A stretch of DNA of 64,000 nt, from positions 102,096 to 166,095 of the forward strand of contig CT868541.1 in NCBI GenBank assembly GCA_000165425.1, given 5' to 3'. The position numbers and the translations under genes were made by a program. Each line of letters starts with the position of its first letter. Positions within the stretch are counted from its first letter, which is position 1. Of the stretch, positions 14,175 through 27,101 are shown piece by piece. The notes under the pieces are model-generated. The model saw only the letters and a list, made by a program, of their open reading frames with translations. It was not told the origin of the DNA and did not search any database. Origin of the DNA: Paramecium tetraurelia. Taxonomy: Eukaryota.

Positions 14175-17100
14175 ATGGCTGAAGAAGACCCGATGACGCA
14201 ACAGGAACAAATGAAAGACGATGGGTGTGAACCATATGGAAAATTTCGAATAGCTAAGCAAACCTTGTGTTCGATTGCTTACATGTGCTAAGAAAGAGTG
14301 TTTGCTGAGGAAGTAGACAAATTGGAGGAATTAGGAGAGAAGTTAATAGAGGTATAGGATGTATGTATTGTGAAAGGAAGGACTTTGTACTGATTTCAAA
14401 AGTGGTTTGACGATGCAAGACCAACTGGAGAGGGAGAAGGCATTTGGACACAACAGGAAACCTAAAATTGAGCCGAAAGGGTATTGTGAGTTGTGGTTGG
14501 GTGCATTGAATGACTTTACTATGAAGGTTTTATGCATAGCAGCCATTGTCAGTATTATAGTTGATGTTTCAACTGCTGACGAGAGTTACAGGAAATTGGC
14601 TTGGATTGAAGGTATTCAATAATTTTTATTATAAAATAGGATTTGCAATATTGGTGGCAGTGATTATATCTACAAATGCAAATGCTGTGAATGATTATTA
14701 AAAGGAACGACAATTTTAAAAATTGAATGAAGTTGCCGATGAAAGAAAGAGAGTGACAGTTGTAAGAAATGGAAAGAAATGTGATATTCACATGAGCGAA
14801 GTGCTGGTTGGAGATGTTGTACAAATATTCGAAGGAATGGAAATCCCTGCAGATGGTTTTGTACTGGAAGCATCAGATTTGACAGCTGATGAGAGTGCTA
14901 TGACAGGAGAAACTGATCCAATCAAAAAGAATGTGTTGATTGAATGTATTAACAAGAGGAACTAATTAAAAGAAGAAGGAGGACAAGTAAATATTAATAT
15001 CATTAAAATATAAGAATACAGCAGGTCATCATGATGTTCCATCTCCAATAATGATGAGTGGAACAAGAGTACTAAGTGGTGAAGGCAGGATGCTCATTCT
15101 TGTTGTAGGAGACTCATCTTGTGCTGGTAAGATTGCAGCATTATTGAGATAAGATGAACCAGAAGGTAAAAATAATTATTAGATTTAATAGCTACTCCTT
15201 TGTAAATGAAGTTAACTGCAATAGCTGAAGATATTGGTAAATTTGGATTGATATCAGCAATTTTGATTGTTTGTGTGATGTGTTTGAGATTTGGTATTGA
15301 GAGAGGAATGAATGATGATTGGGAGAATTATATGGTTGTTACTATCATCGGATATTTTATTATTGGAATCACAGTGGTCGTCGTTGCTATTCCAGAAGGA
15401 TTACCATTGGCTGTTACACTATCATTGGCTTATTCAACCAAATAGATGCTTCAAGATTAGAATCTAGTCAGAAAAATGGCAGCATGTGAAACTATGGGAG
15501 GAGCCTCTATGATTTGTTCAGACAAAACAGGAACATTGACTCAAAATAAAATGTCACTTGTTAATGTGTGGAATGATGATATCATTTGAAAATAGATTCT
15601 CCTATTCTGAAAAACAATAATTGACATCCTATTTCCCATAAAACTTCTCAGAATTCTTCATCTAATGCGCAGTTGTCAATGGATCAGCTATGCTTAGACC
15701 TGAACCTAAAGGATCTAAGACAGAAATTGCATTACTGGAATTTATCGAAAGATGTTCTATGAATTATGAGGAATAAAGAGAGAAGTATCCTGCTAGTACT
15801 AAATTCCCCTTCAGCAGTTAAAGAAAAAGAATGTCTATGGTATTAGAATTAGATGGAGGCAGACGTAGATTGGTCTGCAAAGGAGCATCAGAAATGGTTT
15901 TGGCTGCATGTTCATAATATCATTCTAAGGGAAATGGATCTATTGTTCCTATGAATCAAGATTTGAAATAGAAGGTAGAAAAGGCTATTGAAACTATGGC
16001 TGGCAGAGCATTGAGGACTATTTGTTTAGCATACAAGGAAATCAGTGCAAGGGAAGATTTGACAACTAAAGATCCAAAAGGTGTATATGCTGTGGAATAA
16101 AGTGACTTAACCTTGGTTGCAGTATTGGGAATCAAAGATATTCTAAGATAAGAAGTGCCAAGAGCTATTTAATTATGCAGAAGAGCAGGAATTAAAGTAA
16201 GAATGGTTACTGGAGATAATAAAATGACTGCTAGAGCTATTGCTAAAGAATGTGGTATCATTACACCAGGAGATGATTAATCTATTGTTATGGAAGGACC
16301 TGACTTTATAGCAAAAATTGGAGGTGTTGTCTGCCAGAAGTGTAGAACAGCTATCTGCCCTTGTGCAAGAGATAGTACAACAGCAAAGAAGGAAAATAAA
16401 GATGTTAGAGTTGATACAATTGCAAATCCTTAAGAGTTCGATAAAATCTATCCTCATTTAGATGTATTGGCTCGTAGTAGACCTGAAGATAAGTATGCTT
16501 TAGTGACAGGTTTGATTGAAAGAGGTCATGTAGTTGCTGTCACAGGTGATGGTACTAATGATGCTCCAGCTTTGAAAAAGGCAGATGTTGGATTTGCTAT
16601 GGGTATTGCAGGAACTGAAGTTGCTAGAGAGGCTGCTGCTATTATTCTATTGGATGATAACTTTAATTCCATTGTTACAGGCTGTTATGTGGGGTAGAAA
16701 TGTCTATGATAACATCAAAAAGTTTTTAAGATTTTAATTGACTGCTAACTTAGTTAGTGTTGGATTGACATTAATCGGAGCTGCTGTTTTGAGTTAGGAA
16801 ATTTTGAAACCTATTTAATTGTTGTGGGTTAACTTGATTATGGATACTCTAGGTTCTCTTGCCTTAGCCACAGAGCCACCCACTGAAAAATTACTGTATC
16901 GTAAACCACATGATAGAAATGAGTACATTATTTCTAAAAAGATGTTTAAATTCATAGTTGGAACTGCTCTGATACAGATAGCTGTAGTTTTGCTGATAGT
17001 GTTTGCAGGAGATTCCTTTTTGCCAGAATATGCTGACGAGTATGATCTTACGGCATTTAGAGGAATAAAAAAACGATACAAATACAGTGATCATTTGTGC

Positions 17101-17903
17101 AAAACTTCTTATGAAGATCTCAAGAAATATTCAGAGGAAAGTGGTAGACCAATGACTTTGATTGAAGATGTTACTGAATCGAAGGAAGTTAAAATGAGTG
17201 GTGCTTGTTTATCATCTGAATGTGTATGCCACGAAAATAAATGTTATGATATCATGTGTGAGGAATGCGATTTCGAAACTAGTTGCACATTAATAGCCAG
17301 CGGTAGATTGAATACTCCTGAAGGAAAGAGAGACTATGCTGTATTCTATGAAGACACTCATGAACCTTCTCGTCATGTATCAATTAATTCATTACCAATT
17401 AGTTTACTTATGTCTTTAATGTTTTCATCATGCTTCAATTATTCAATTTTCTCAATAGCAGAAGATTCAATGATGAAATCAATGTGTTTGAAGGATTAAC
17501 CAAACATACTGCCTTCATGATGATTGTACCTATCATTTTCTGCATCCAAATCCTCATGGTTACATTTGGATCCAAAGCCATTGGTCTTTATGGTAATTTC
17601 GGACTCAAAATATAATAATGGTAATTCTTGAATATATGTGTAGGTTGATTGGTATTGGATTTGGATGTATATCAATTATAGGATGCTTCTTCCTTAAGTT
17701 CATAAAGGAAGACATGTGTTTTGAATGTGGAAGTAAAGAAATCAACCCAATGGAAACTGAACACAAGATTATAGCTTTGAAGGGAGACCATTCCTCAGGT
17801 GGCTTAGCAAGACGTTATTCATCTCTTGTAAACTAATTCACTTATATTTTAGAGACACGATTAAAATCCTTTTGGTGCTCCTCATCAATAACATTAGCAT
17901 TGA
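14175..17903 (+). CDS. PMCA: Plasma-membrane-type (P2B) Ca2+-ATPase, with two apparent frameshifts in this sequence
   Basis: [98 protein letters not shown]. The frame breaks at ~15587-15602 and ~16678. Confidence 0.93.
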
Positions 17904-17941
17904 ATAATAATTATAAATAATCATATATATTAACTATATAA

Positions 17942-19261
17942 ATGAAAATCAATAAGAGAGCCACTATGGAGAGTGAGTATGACTAAAAAGATATCGTTGT
18001 CATTGATAATGGTACTGATACTATCAAAGTGGGAATCTCAGGAGAGGATTATTCCTAGAGTAATTATCACTCTATTGTATTTATAGTTAATCTACGACAA
18101 TAAATGCGGATCACACTCGGTTTTAAAATGACAATGACAATCCAAACAATAAACCTTAACTCTTATTTGGCTAAGATTTGAAGAAAGTCGTCAAGGAGAA
18201 AAAGTTGAATGTACAGTTATCGAATCCAATCAAAGATGGAGTACAAATTATAATTATTGTATTTACTTAGAAAATTGACAATGTGGAATCTATGAAAGAA
18301 TTCTGGCAATATATTCTTGAGGATGGATTACAAATATCTGAATTACAATAAGTTAATTTATTAATCATTGATCAAGTAAAGAATAGTAAGGAATACAAAT
18401 CGAAACTTGCTGAAGTTTTTTTTGATTATCTCAAAGTTTAATCAGTTTTATTCATGAACTCAGCAAGTTTGTCATTGTTTTCGACTGGATTAGTTAGGTA
18501 ATTATTTTCATAACTTTTTCAAGCGGATTATCCATTGAATTAGGACATGCTGTGAATACCATTGTTCCAATTTATCAAGGATTTCCAATTATGCATGCCT
18601 TAGAATTTTCTCATATCTCTGGTGCTGAAATCACGCAATGTTTGGAAAATGATTTGAGATGCTACGAAACATTAATCGATAAATTTTCTGAGGAAGAGAA
18701 ACAATGGATTATTAAGGATATTAAAGAAAATATGTGCTACATTGCTAGTGATTATGAAATGCAAATGCAAGTAATCAATATACATTACAAATTAAGTCAG
18801 AAGACAATTTTACAGAAGAAGAGAGAAGCTATGAATTACCAGATGAATAAGTCATTCAAATTACTCCATAGATTAGATATCATTGTTCTGAAGCTTTATT
18901 CAATTCTGCTATTATAAATAAGAATAGTTCTTCGCTGCCTTAAATGATTGTTAATTCTATCTAGAGATGTGATAAGGAATTGAGATAAGAATTGCTGGCT
19001 AACATGGTGCTTGGAGGAGGTACTTCTATGTTTTAAGGACTAATATCCAGATTGCAAGATGATATTTGTTAGATCTATCCAGGAGGGGCTATGAGATCAG
19101 AATTCAATTTCGTTGCTGATTTCCAAAGGAAATATAGTGCTTGGATAGGTGGTTCTATGCTTGGATCACTTAAGACATTTTAATCTTTAGCTATCAATAA
19201 ACAGGAGTATGAAGAAAATCCTGAAGGCAAAATGTCACTTATTCATAAAAGAACATTTTGA
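17942..19261 (+). CDS. Divergent actin / actin-related protein
   Basis: VVIDNGTDTIKVGISGEDYPR, SLSLFSTG, IKDIKENMCYIA, YELPD, NMVLGGGTSMF, RKYSAWIGGSMLGSL, IHKRTF. Confidence 0.92.
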
Positions 19262-19606
19262 AACATATTATATTAGTAATTATTTTAATCAAATTTTATA
19301 TCATAAACTGCAATATATGAATTTCTGAATTTCTAAGTTTCATTTATATTTACCAATAAACACACAGAATTTATTACTTATTTTCTATTCATTTTAAATA
19401 TTGATTGTTGTTAAGTAGTCTAGAATTTAATCTCATTTCTACCAATGGTGTATAGATAATACAAAATTGACTATATATTGATTAATTATTTGATAAAATG
19501 AATGAAAATCAAAAGGGAATTAAGATTTATACTAAAATATGATTGAATGATAAGTTACAGAAAAATTGCAATAATTATTATTATTTATTTCAACCCCATA
19601 AATTAT

Positions 19607-22211
19607 ATGAAAATCCGCAAAAAGGCCAATATAACAAGGTCTCTACCTAAGCTTCCATTCTAAAATAAGAGTCGTTTTATTACTTAAAAGAATGAGGATG
19701 AGGAACTTGATTTCAGTATTGATTTCTTTCCTGAAACTACAACAAGTACGAAAAAGGAGTTTTATCGATTTCACAAAACAATCGAAAGAATTTAAGAATA
19801 AAACCAATTTTATAATAGAAATGATAACCTAATGAGTAGTTTGTCTTCTCCGCAAATTCCTCCTGGGAGTTTTGGATTATTTAATCGACAAAAGAATGAT
19901 GTTTTGCACTTAAAGTATAATTGATCTCTTAATAGCCATATGAAGTATGGGGACAAGTATATGGTGATTTTGGCAAGGGGATTGCAGAAGCAAAATGACA
20001 TCAAGGAGTTTCACCTAAATAACAATCGAATGACATAGTTGAGTTCATCTGAGATTATAAGAAGTACTAGAGGAGCATATAAGTTGAGTTTATCAAAAAA
20101 CAAGATTGGCAGTGGATGTTTGGAAATCGGAAATTCTTTGGTGAGTCGAGATTGCAAAATATAATTATTGAATTTAGAAGACAATAAACTAAAAGAAAGC
20201 TAAATAATTGAAATCTTGGAAAGGGTTGCTGATAATAGATCATTGAAGATTTTGAATTTGAGTAAGAATAATATATCGAATAATTGTTGTACTGCACTTT
20301 GTAATATGATTTAAAATAATGAAGACATATCGGAATTATATTTGCATTTTAATAGATTGAATGGAAATGGAGCAATCATGATTTTTAATAGTTTGCAAAA
20401 ATCTAATTTAAAAGTATTAGATTTATCCTAAAATTCAATAGGAATTGGTTTGGATTGGTCAAATAGTTTTAATCAAATGGTGAGCACCAATACAGAATTA
20501 ATTCATTTCGATTTGTCTTTTAATAGAATCCCATATAAAATCACATGTAACATAGCTGAAGGATTGAAAAAAAATAAAACAATCATAGGATTTCATTACA
20601 CAGGTAATTCTGGCTATGTAGATACAAAAGGATTTTTGATACCTATTGAATCTGGAGAAACGGAATAGACTCAACATTAAATTGCTCAAAGAATACAAGG
20701 ATGCTAGTACATCAAGTAGAAACGATTAAGATCTTATCGAGATACCAACATAAAAGATTGTTGTTGGATTTGTGAAGGTTGGCGCTAAGTAGATTTCTAA
20801 TGGAATCCCCAAGAATCTGGTCCAGCAAACGATCCAATGTTCTTGCATCTATCTTATTTGAATTATGACGATTTATATATGGGAAAGGTTGAAGAAGGTT
20901 TGAAAGTGCAGAGGATGGTTCCTCCAGGTTTGTGTTATTACTTTTTTACAAATGACGATATCCAATGCGTGGCTTAGGATTAACTTCATAAGAGATGGCC
21001 ATTACCATTAAACAAAGTGCGAATCTTAGACAAAAAAGTGGATGTAAAATTGAATCAATTAAATTACTTAAATGTTTAAGGAACATAAATCATAGATAAA
21101 TATTATATGCCAATTATAAATGTTTAGCCAAGATAGGAGGACTTGATTTACGTACCTGATGTAATTGAGAATAAGAGAATTTGGTCATTTCCTATATCTC
21201 TGTTTAAGGATTGGAAAAAAGATACTGATGAGCTGTTGGATAAATGTTTTTAAAATGATTGGAATTTAAGTAGAATTACCAAATTGATTAAGGATGAAAA
21301 TGATCGAAATGGTTGCTATGAATTTTTGAGATCAAACTATCAATAAATAAAGGATACTTATAAGTAATTGATAATCTGAATTTAGACACTTTGCATGCCT
21401 ATCACCCATTGGAGATATTTGGGCCATCTCTTCCTTAATCAACTTATAACTGTTAAGTTAGATCAAGTTGACTGAAATAAATGAGAAAGGAGTCATCAAA
21501 TAATAGGATATGGAATTGAAGTACTTGGCCACAATATCTGGAACAGAAAAGGGAAATTACAGGAAACCAGAGAGAGGAATGGTCAGATTCTAATTTCTTG
21601 AAATGTGGATCAGAATAGCTGAAGACAAATATATTCGAAACGGGATTGCGAAATCCTTTGAAGAAGCTTTGAGATGGTTATGGGAGGATCATCTTAAGGA
21701 GGAATTCAATAAATATAATAGTTAGATCTTTAGGGACTCTAGGTATTGGAATGAACAATGTGACATGTGCATGAAGCATTATAAGACTATATTGGATAGT
21801 GTTTATATCAGATATAGTGTGAAGAAGGTGAAGCCAGGATAGAAGCCATTTATGAGTTTGTAGGAATTGTAGGATATGTGTTCTCATATTGGTTTGAATC
21901 AATTGGATACATATGGGCCGAACACTTCATTGTTCGCATTCAACAAGGCTATGATGACATAGATTGACGAGGTCAATTCAGACAGAATATTTTAAATGAG
22001 CTTTGTCGAGTTCTTGGAGGCCTTTGCTAGAATTGCTGAAGATATTGATAACAGGTCAATTGGATTGCATCTTAAAATTGAATAGCTCATTTGGAGATGT
22101 TACAATTTATTTCCAGATATATATGCTTCACCAAATCAGAGTTACTTCTAAGATGAGTGGGATTAAATAAACAAATAACAAAGTGATGAAGACATTGATA
22201 ATTATTATTGA
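19607..22211 (+). CDS. Leucine-rich-repeat (RI-like) protein
   Basis: Repeats such as LSLSKNKIG, LNLEDNKL, LNLSKNNIS, LYLHFNRL, LDLSQNSIG and FDLSFNRI, followed by a long C-terminal region. Confidence 0.85.
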
Positions 22212-22346
22212 TAATAATTTTATAAACAATTAATAAAGATGAGATTATCCTATCTTATATATATATAATTTAATTAAATCATAAATTTATATTATATTAT
22301 TTAATAGTATGAAATCGGGAATTTCACAATTATTTATTATTTATTT

Positions 22347-23327
22347 ATGCAATCTCAAATTAACAAGACTTAAATCCTAGCCAAAGTGAAGAAATGTCAC
22401 AAGAACATTTCTAAACTTAATGACAAATTGTATCTACTACAAACACTCATTAAAAAACATAATTTCAACATTGAAAAAAACACAGACATGATCAAATCCA
22501 AGGCAAGCGATAACCCAGTAGTCATTATAAATGATGAAACTAGCGTTGAAGTGATTATTAATGCAGAAGATCCAAAACAAGAATAAGCCATTGATCTTAA
22601 ATAGACTGCTCGCAAATTAATATCACGATTTTATTATCATATCGAATAAAAGATGAAGCAAAGTTCCATTAACCAAATAGAAGCATTAAAGTAATTTAGT
22701 GATAAAGAATACAAAAATGATCTCTTTGAAAAGCTTCATAAAGGATTTTTTAAGTTGTATTTTGAACAGGATTAAAAATGCAAAGAATGCCAACAAATCA
22801 TAAAGGACCAATAAAATTGTCTGAATCATATCAGATATGAACATTTGGCTGATCTAGAAATCTATATCTGTATCAAATGCAAGTTGTCCTTCTCCAAAGG
22901 GGACACCTTGGAAAAACACATCTCCCAAGCACATCATTTTGGGTAATTGACTCAAGTGGAAACAAAGGTTAATGCTTAAAAATTATAAATCAAACCATCA
23001 AGTATATTAAATGGAGTACAGCAAAAGTTCCATCAGAAATTAGATTTAAACAACATTATGGATATTTTACAACCTCAACAAACTCTGAAGAAGGTTTTAA
23101 TTCCGTAACAAAACAATAATAACAGTTTGAAATCATCATAGGATGAGGCAAAAGAATGTGGATCTCTATTTAATTAGGTTTATATTCCTGTGGAATTAAA
23201 TGCAGAAAATGCAGAAAAGAAAGATGAAGAATAAAAAGAATTCCAATCTTATTCTACCAAAAAACCGACCAAACTTAAAATTAATTTCATATCAGTATAA
23301 AAAAATGATAATACATAAAATATGTGA
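22347..23327 (+). CDS. C2H2 zinc-finger protein (326 aa, intronless)
   Basis: CKEC-x12-HIRYEH and CIKC-x12-HISQAH within a 327-codon ORF. Confidence 0.85.
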
Positions 23328-23870
23328 ATTAATTATTTATTCTAAAATGATTAAAGAGTCTTAACTAAATCTCATTAAATAATTATGGTATGTTGTTACA
23401 TTTTCTAAAATCCAGAGAGAGTTCTTTTAAAACAGGATTAATTTTGATTCGTTATTTATCTAAATATTCTACCAAAAACTTAGTTTAAAATATTTATTTA
23501 ATAATAATTGTATAATACAATTACACTATATTAAAATGTATTTTATGATAGAAATCTATAATTATCTAGTTTAACCTCTTAAAACCAAAATTATTTCTAA
23601 TATTTCTAAAACTGTTTTCAGATACATCATTTTCAACATTATTTATGGTTTCTAATTAATAAGTAAATTCTATGACAATCAGTCGAGAGTTATTAAGATG
23701 ATCAGTATAAAAATAATAATAAAATGATTTACATTAATTACTTTGTTAATAAGAATACCTAGGTGATAAATTTTGAATTGGTTATATAATTTAGATAATA
23801 AAGAATTAGACAAATTAAGTTTATATAAATAGTTTATATTTATTAAATAACTTATTTAGAATTATCTGCG

Positions 23871-24715
23871 ATGAATAAGGACGATATCATTGCATTTTAT
23901 GAAAAAAGAGATGTGAAAGAAACATATAATTATGATATTTTGGCAGATGATAGGGTTTCGTTATTTTCTTCAATGAGAGAAACGAAGCAGGAGAATTAAA
24001 AGACTTTAATTTTGAGTAATTAACCAACGATATATTGCTGCCTGAGTATATGTAGTTTTTTGATTGCTCTATCGAATTTGCCAGAAGAGGATAGGATTTA
24101 TTTTTTTTATGATGATCCATTATCATACAATGTTGGGCTGATTGTAAGTTATTGATTTAAGTAAGAGGTTTGTATGTGTTTTCTTTGTATACTTGGTATA
24201 GTGATCTCAGAAATAATAAAGAAATCATTTACAAACAAACAAATAGGAACTTTGCCGTTTTTGACAAAGAAGCAACATAAAATGAATTTTAATCCCACTA
24301 TCTGTTTGGCAGGACAGATTGCTCATTTACTTTTACTTATTGAAATAATTCTCTAGTCGATGCCAACTTAATTATTTTAACACGAAACACTTATGGATTT
24401 ATCATTTTTATTAAATATGGTCTATTTTGCTTATGCGAATAGTTTTTTGGAGAAGAAGAAGGCTGCTCAGATGCATTACATACCATTCATCTTATATATT
24501 TGTGTGACTCTTGCATGTAATGATTAATATAATTTAGAGTGTTATGTTAAAATAATTCCATGAAGCTAAGATATACTCATATTTGGAAGGTGCAGACAGA
24601 GAGAGTGATTCTAACATACATGGGAATCATGTTGCAAGGGATATAATTTTAGTTGTTTAGACCAGCAATATAATAGATGGAGAGAAATCAAAATATCTTG
24701 GCAGAAGTTCTTTGA
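23871..24715 (+). CDS. Hypothetical membrane protein
   Basis: Ciliate-code ORF with two tiny introns and several hydrophobic segments. Confidence 0.65.
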
Positions 24716-24735
24716 TTGCTTTATTAAATATAAAA

Positions 24736-27064
24736 TCAATCTTGGAAAGGTTGAATGTCTTATTATTTTTATTATGGTTATTATTATGGTTTTATCTTTT
24801 GCATCAATGAGCGCATGAAGTTTTTTTGAGGGGAAGGTGGTTCTGGAGTAGCAATATAGGATAGTTTCTAATTAGGAGATACAGGAATAGGTTTTATTAT
24901 CAATGGACTTTGACATTCAAAATTCTTAGGAATATGCAAAGGTTGAGCATTGGATATTGATTTAACGATGTCTCGGAATTCATTCAAAAATCTGTCGTTG
25001 TAATACTCAACGATTCTTGTGAAGACTTGCTTTTGTTACGAGTAATATTTAGTGTATAGCTATTGAGATTTAAAATGTTCTTACTTTATTGAAAGAATTA
25101 AAGGAAGGACTTTGTTTGTGATGTTTTTGTATCACATAAAATGTGCAAACTATCACAGTGTCAAAAATCACATCTTTAAGGACTTCTAATTTTGGATTCT
25201 TCATAAATTCACATATTGCTGAATAAGCAAAATCATGAATTTCTAATTGTAGTATTTTACAAAGTTCTTTCACTCTCAAGGCTAAATGGTTCTAGAATCT
25301 TCTCACCAATTCCTATTCAAAATATTTTGGGGAATCTACATGACATTATTATATATTCAATACTATCTCTGAAGATTTCAACTAGTTTCTTAGCATCTGT
25401 TTGCCACATCAAATTGAATAGGATGTGTTTCTCTAATTCAAATAGTTATGAAGTAATAGTAGAGGGCATCTGTCGATTGAAATGAGCAAAATTAGCAATC
25501 ACTCTAAATAAATCAAGTGGGCTTATCTCAAAGATTGTGCATAATTATTTCATGTTATACAATAGGTTAGGTTTTTAGTTTATGATCTAATGCGTGTACA
25601 AGGACAAACCCAAAATAGAAAATTGGAAACAATCATTTTGAAGTAATTTCAAATCAAATTAACCTTCATTCTATTTAATTAATGAGTCAATGACAGCTAG
25701 AGATAATGTGAATATAGTTTATTCTTGTTCATTTTATTTTTAAGTTTTCATTGCTTCTGTGACTTCGAAATACTTTCTAATTTTATGGATTGCCCTATCA
25801 TAAAACTCTTTTTCATCATAATCCTCAAAACATTTATAATTTTGCATAGTGATTTTCTTCATCCATTAATATAATTCCATACATTTACTTATTGGAGTTT
25901 GAGGAATAGCATTTTTTTTAATATCAAAATAAGTTTGTTCTAAGGTGTTAGAGAACTTGTTGTCTTTTAAAGGTGTCTGCATAAAAGGAGGGTCACTTTT
26001 TATTTTGGTTTTCTTTTGCAAAGTTTCGAATTCTGAATAATCAGTTTATTTGTTGATGTCTTTTTTAGGAGTAAATACAACTCTTTATCTTAAAAAGCAT
26101 TCTTCATCTAAATCAGAATGTTTTCTGGTCTTTTCATAATATTTATGTAGTCTTTTATATGTCTAATCGATTGTATTCTCTTCAAATAAAATATGAACTT
26201 GGTTTTCTTGAGTCTCTAATTACAAATCTAAAACTTTGGCTTTATGTTGCATTATATTTGCTATTTGATTTATGCATTTAAAACACAAATTTTAATAATA
26301 TTTTAATTCCTCATCACATTCATCTAAATCATTACAAAAATAGGTCAACATTTTTTATGAAAGATCTGCTACATTTTATGTAAATGTATTTGGTAAATTT
26401 TTAAATACTATCGATAAAGATCCAACAAGAATCAAAATAACTTTACTATTTGGATCATAGATATTGTATTCATTCTTTTCTAACTACTCTTCATATTGTA
26501 AAATGTTTTATCGAACCATTATGCATAGAATCCATGCTACCTTCTTTAAGTCCTAGATATATGGATCGCTATCATCTTCTTTTCTGAATTAAGGGGTTGA
26601 ACTTGGATTCTAGAATGGCCTAAGAAATACTCAATTTATTGATTATACTGAATGAGGCTAAAGCATTTGTCAAACTTTTTGTATAATCTGAAGCTGAAAT
26701 TGGCTTATCTGACAACACTATCAAATTCACTTGAATGTTACTTCAAAAGAGAAGGAAGCTCTTACAAAACCAATAAGAACTACTCAATATCAGTTTGGGG
26801 ATCCAAATTGCGAATTACCTACAATCTTATTACTATTATACTTATGTAAGTGTTATTCCATTGCCTTATTTTGTTTATCCATCTATTTATTGTATTTGAC
26901 AGCTTTGACTACACAAATAAACTACAGCTGGAACGTAAATCTAAATACCTTGGAATGAAATATACTTTTTCTTCTTATTCTGAAAATTACTGCATAGCTA
27001 TTTTCACTTTATCTAAGGTTTCTTGATCCAAATTTAGTTAATTAGAAAATTCTTCTATATACAT
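24736..27064 (-). CDS. Retinoblastoma-like pocket protein
   Basis: Pocket-A-like QTPISKCM..W and ISPLDLFRVIANF..MPSTITSQLFELEKHILFNLMW. Pocket-B-like RVKELCKIL..LKDVIFDTVIVCTFYV. SP/TP-rich C-terminal tail. Confidence 0.75.
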
Positions 27065-27101
27065 TCTTCCCGGGTAATTTTATTATATTTATTAACTATT
27101 A

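Noticed and set aside
15587..15589. In-frame TGA in PMCA as a second Sec codon
   Set aside because: It is not at a Cys or redox site, comes with a frameshift, and there is no SECIS in the 38-bp downstream spacer.
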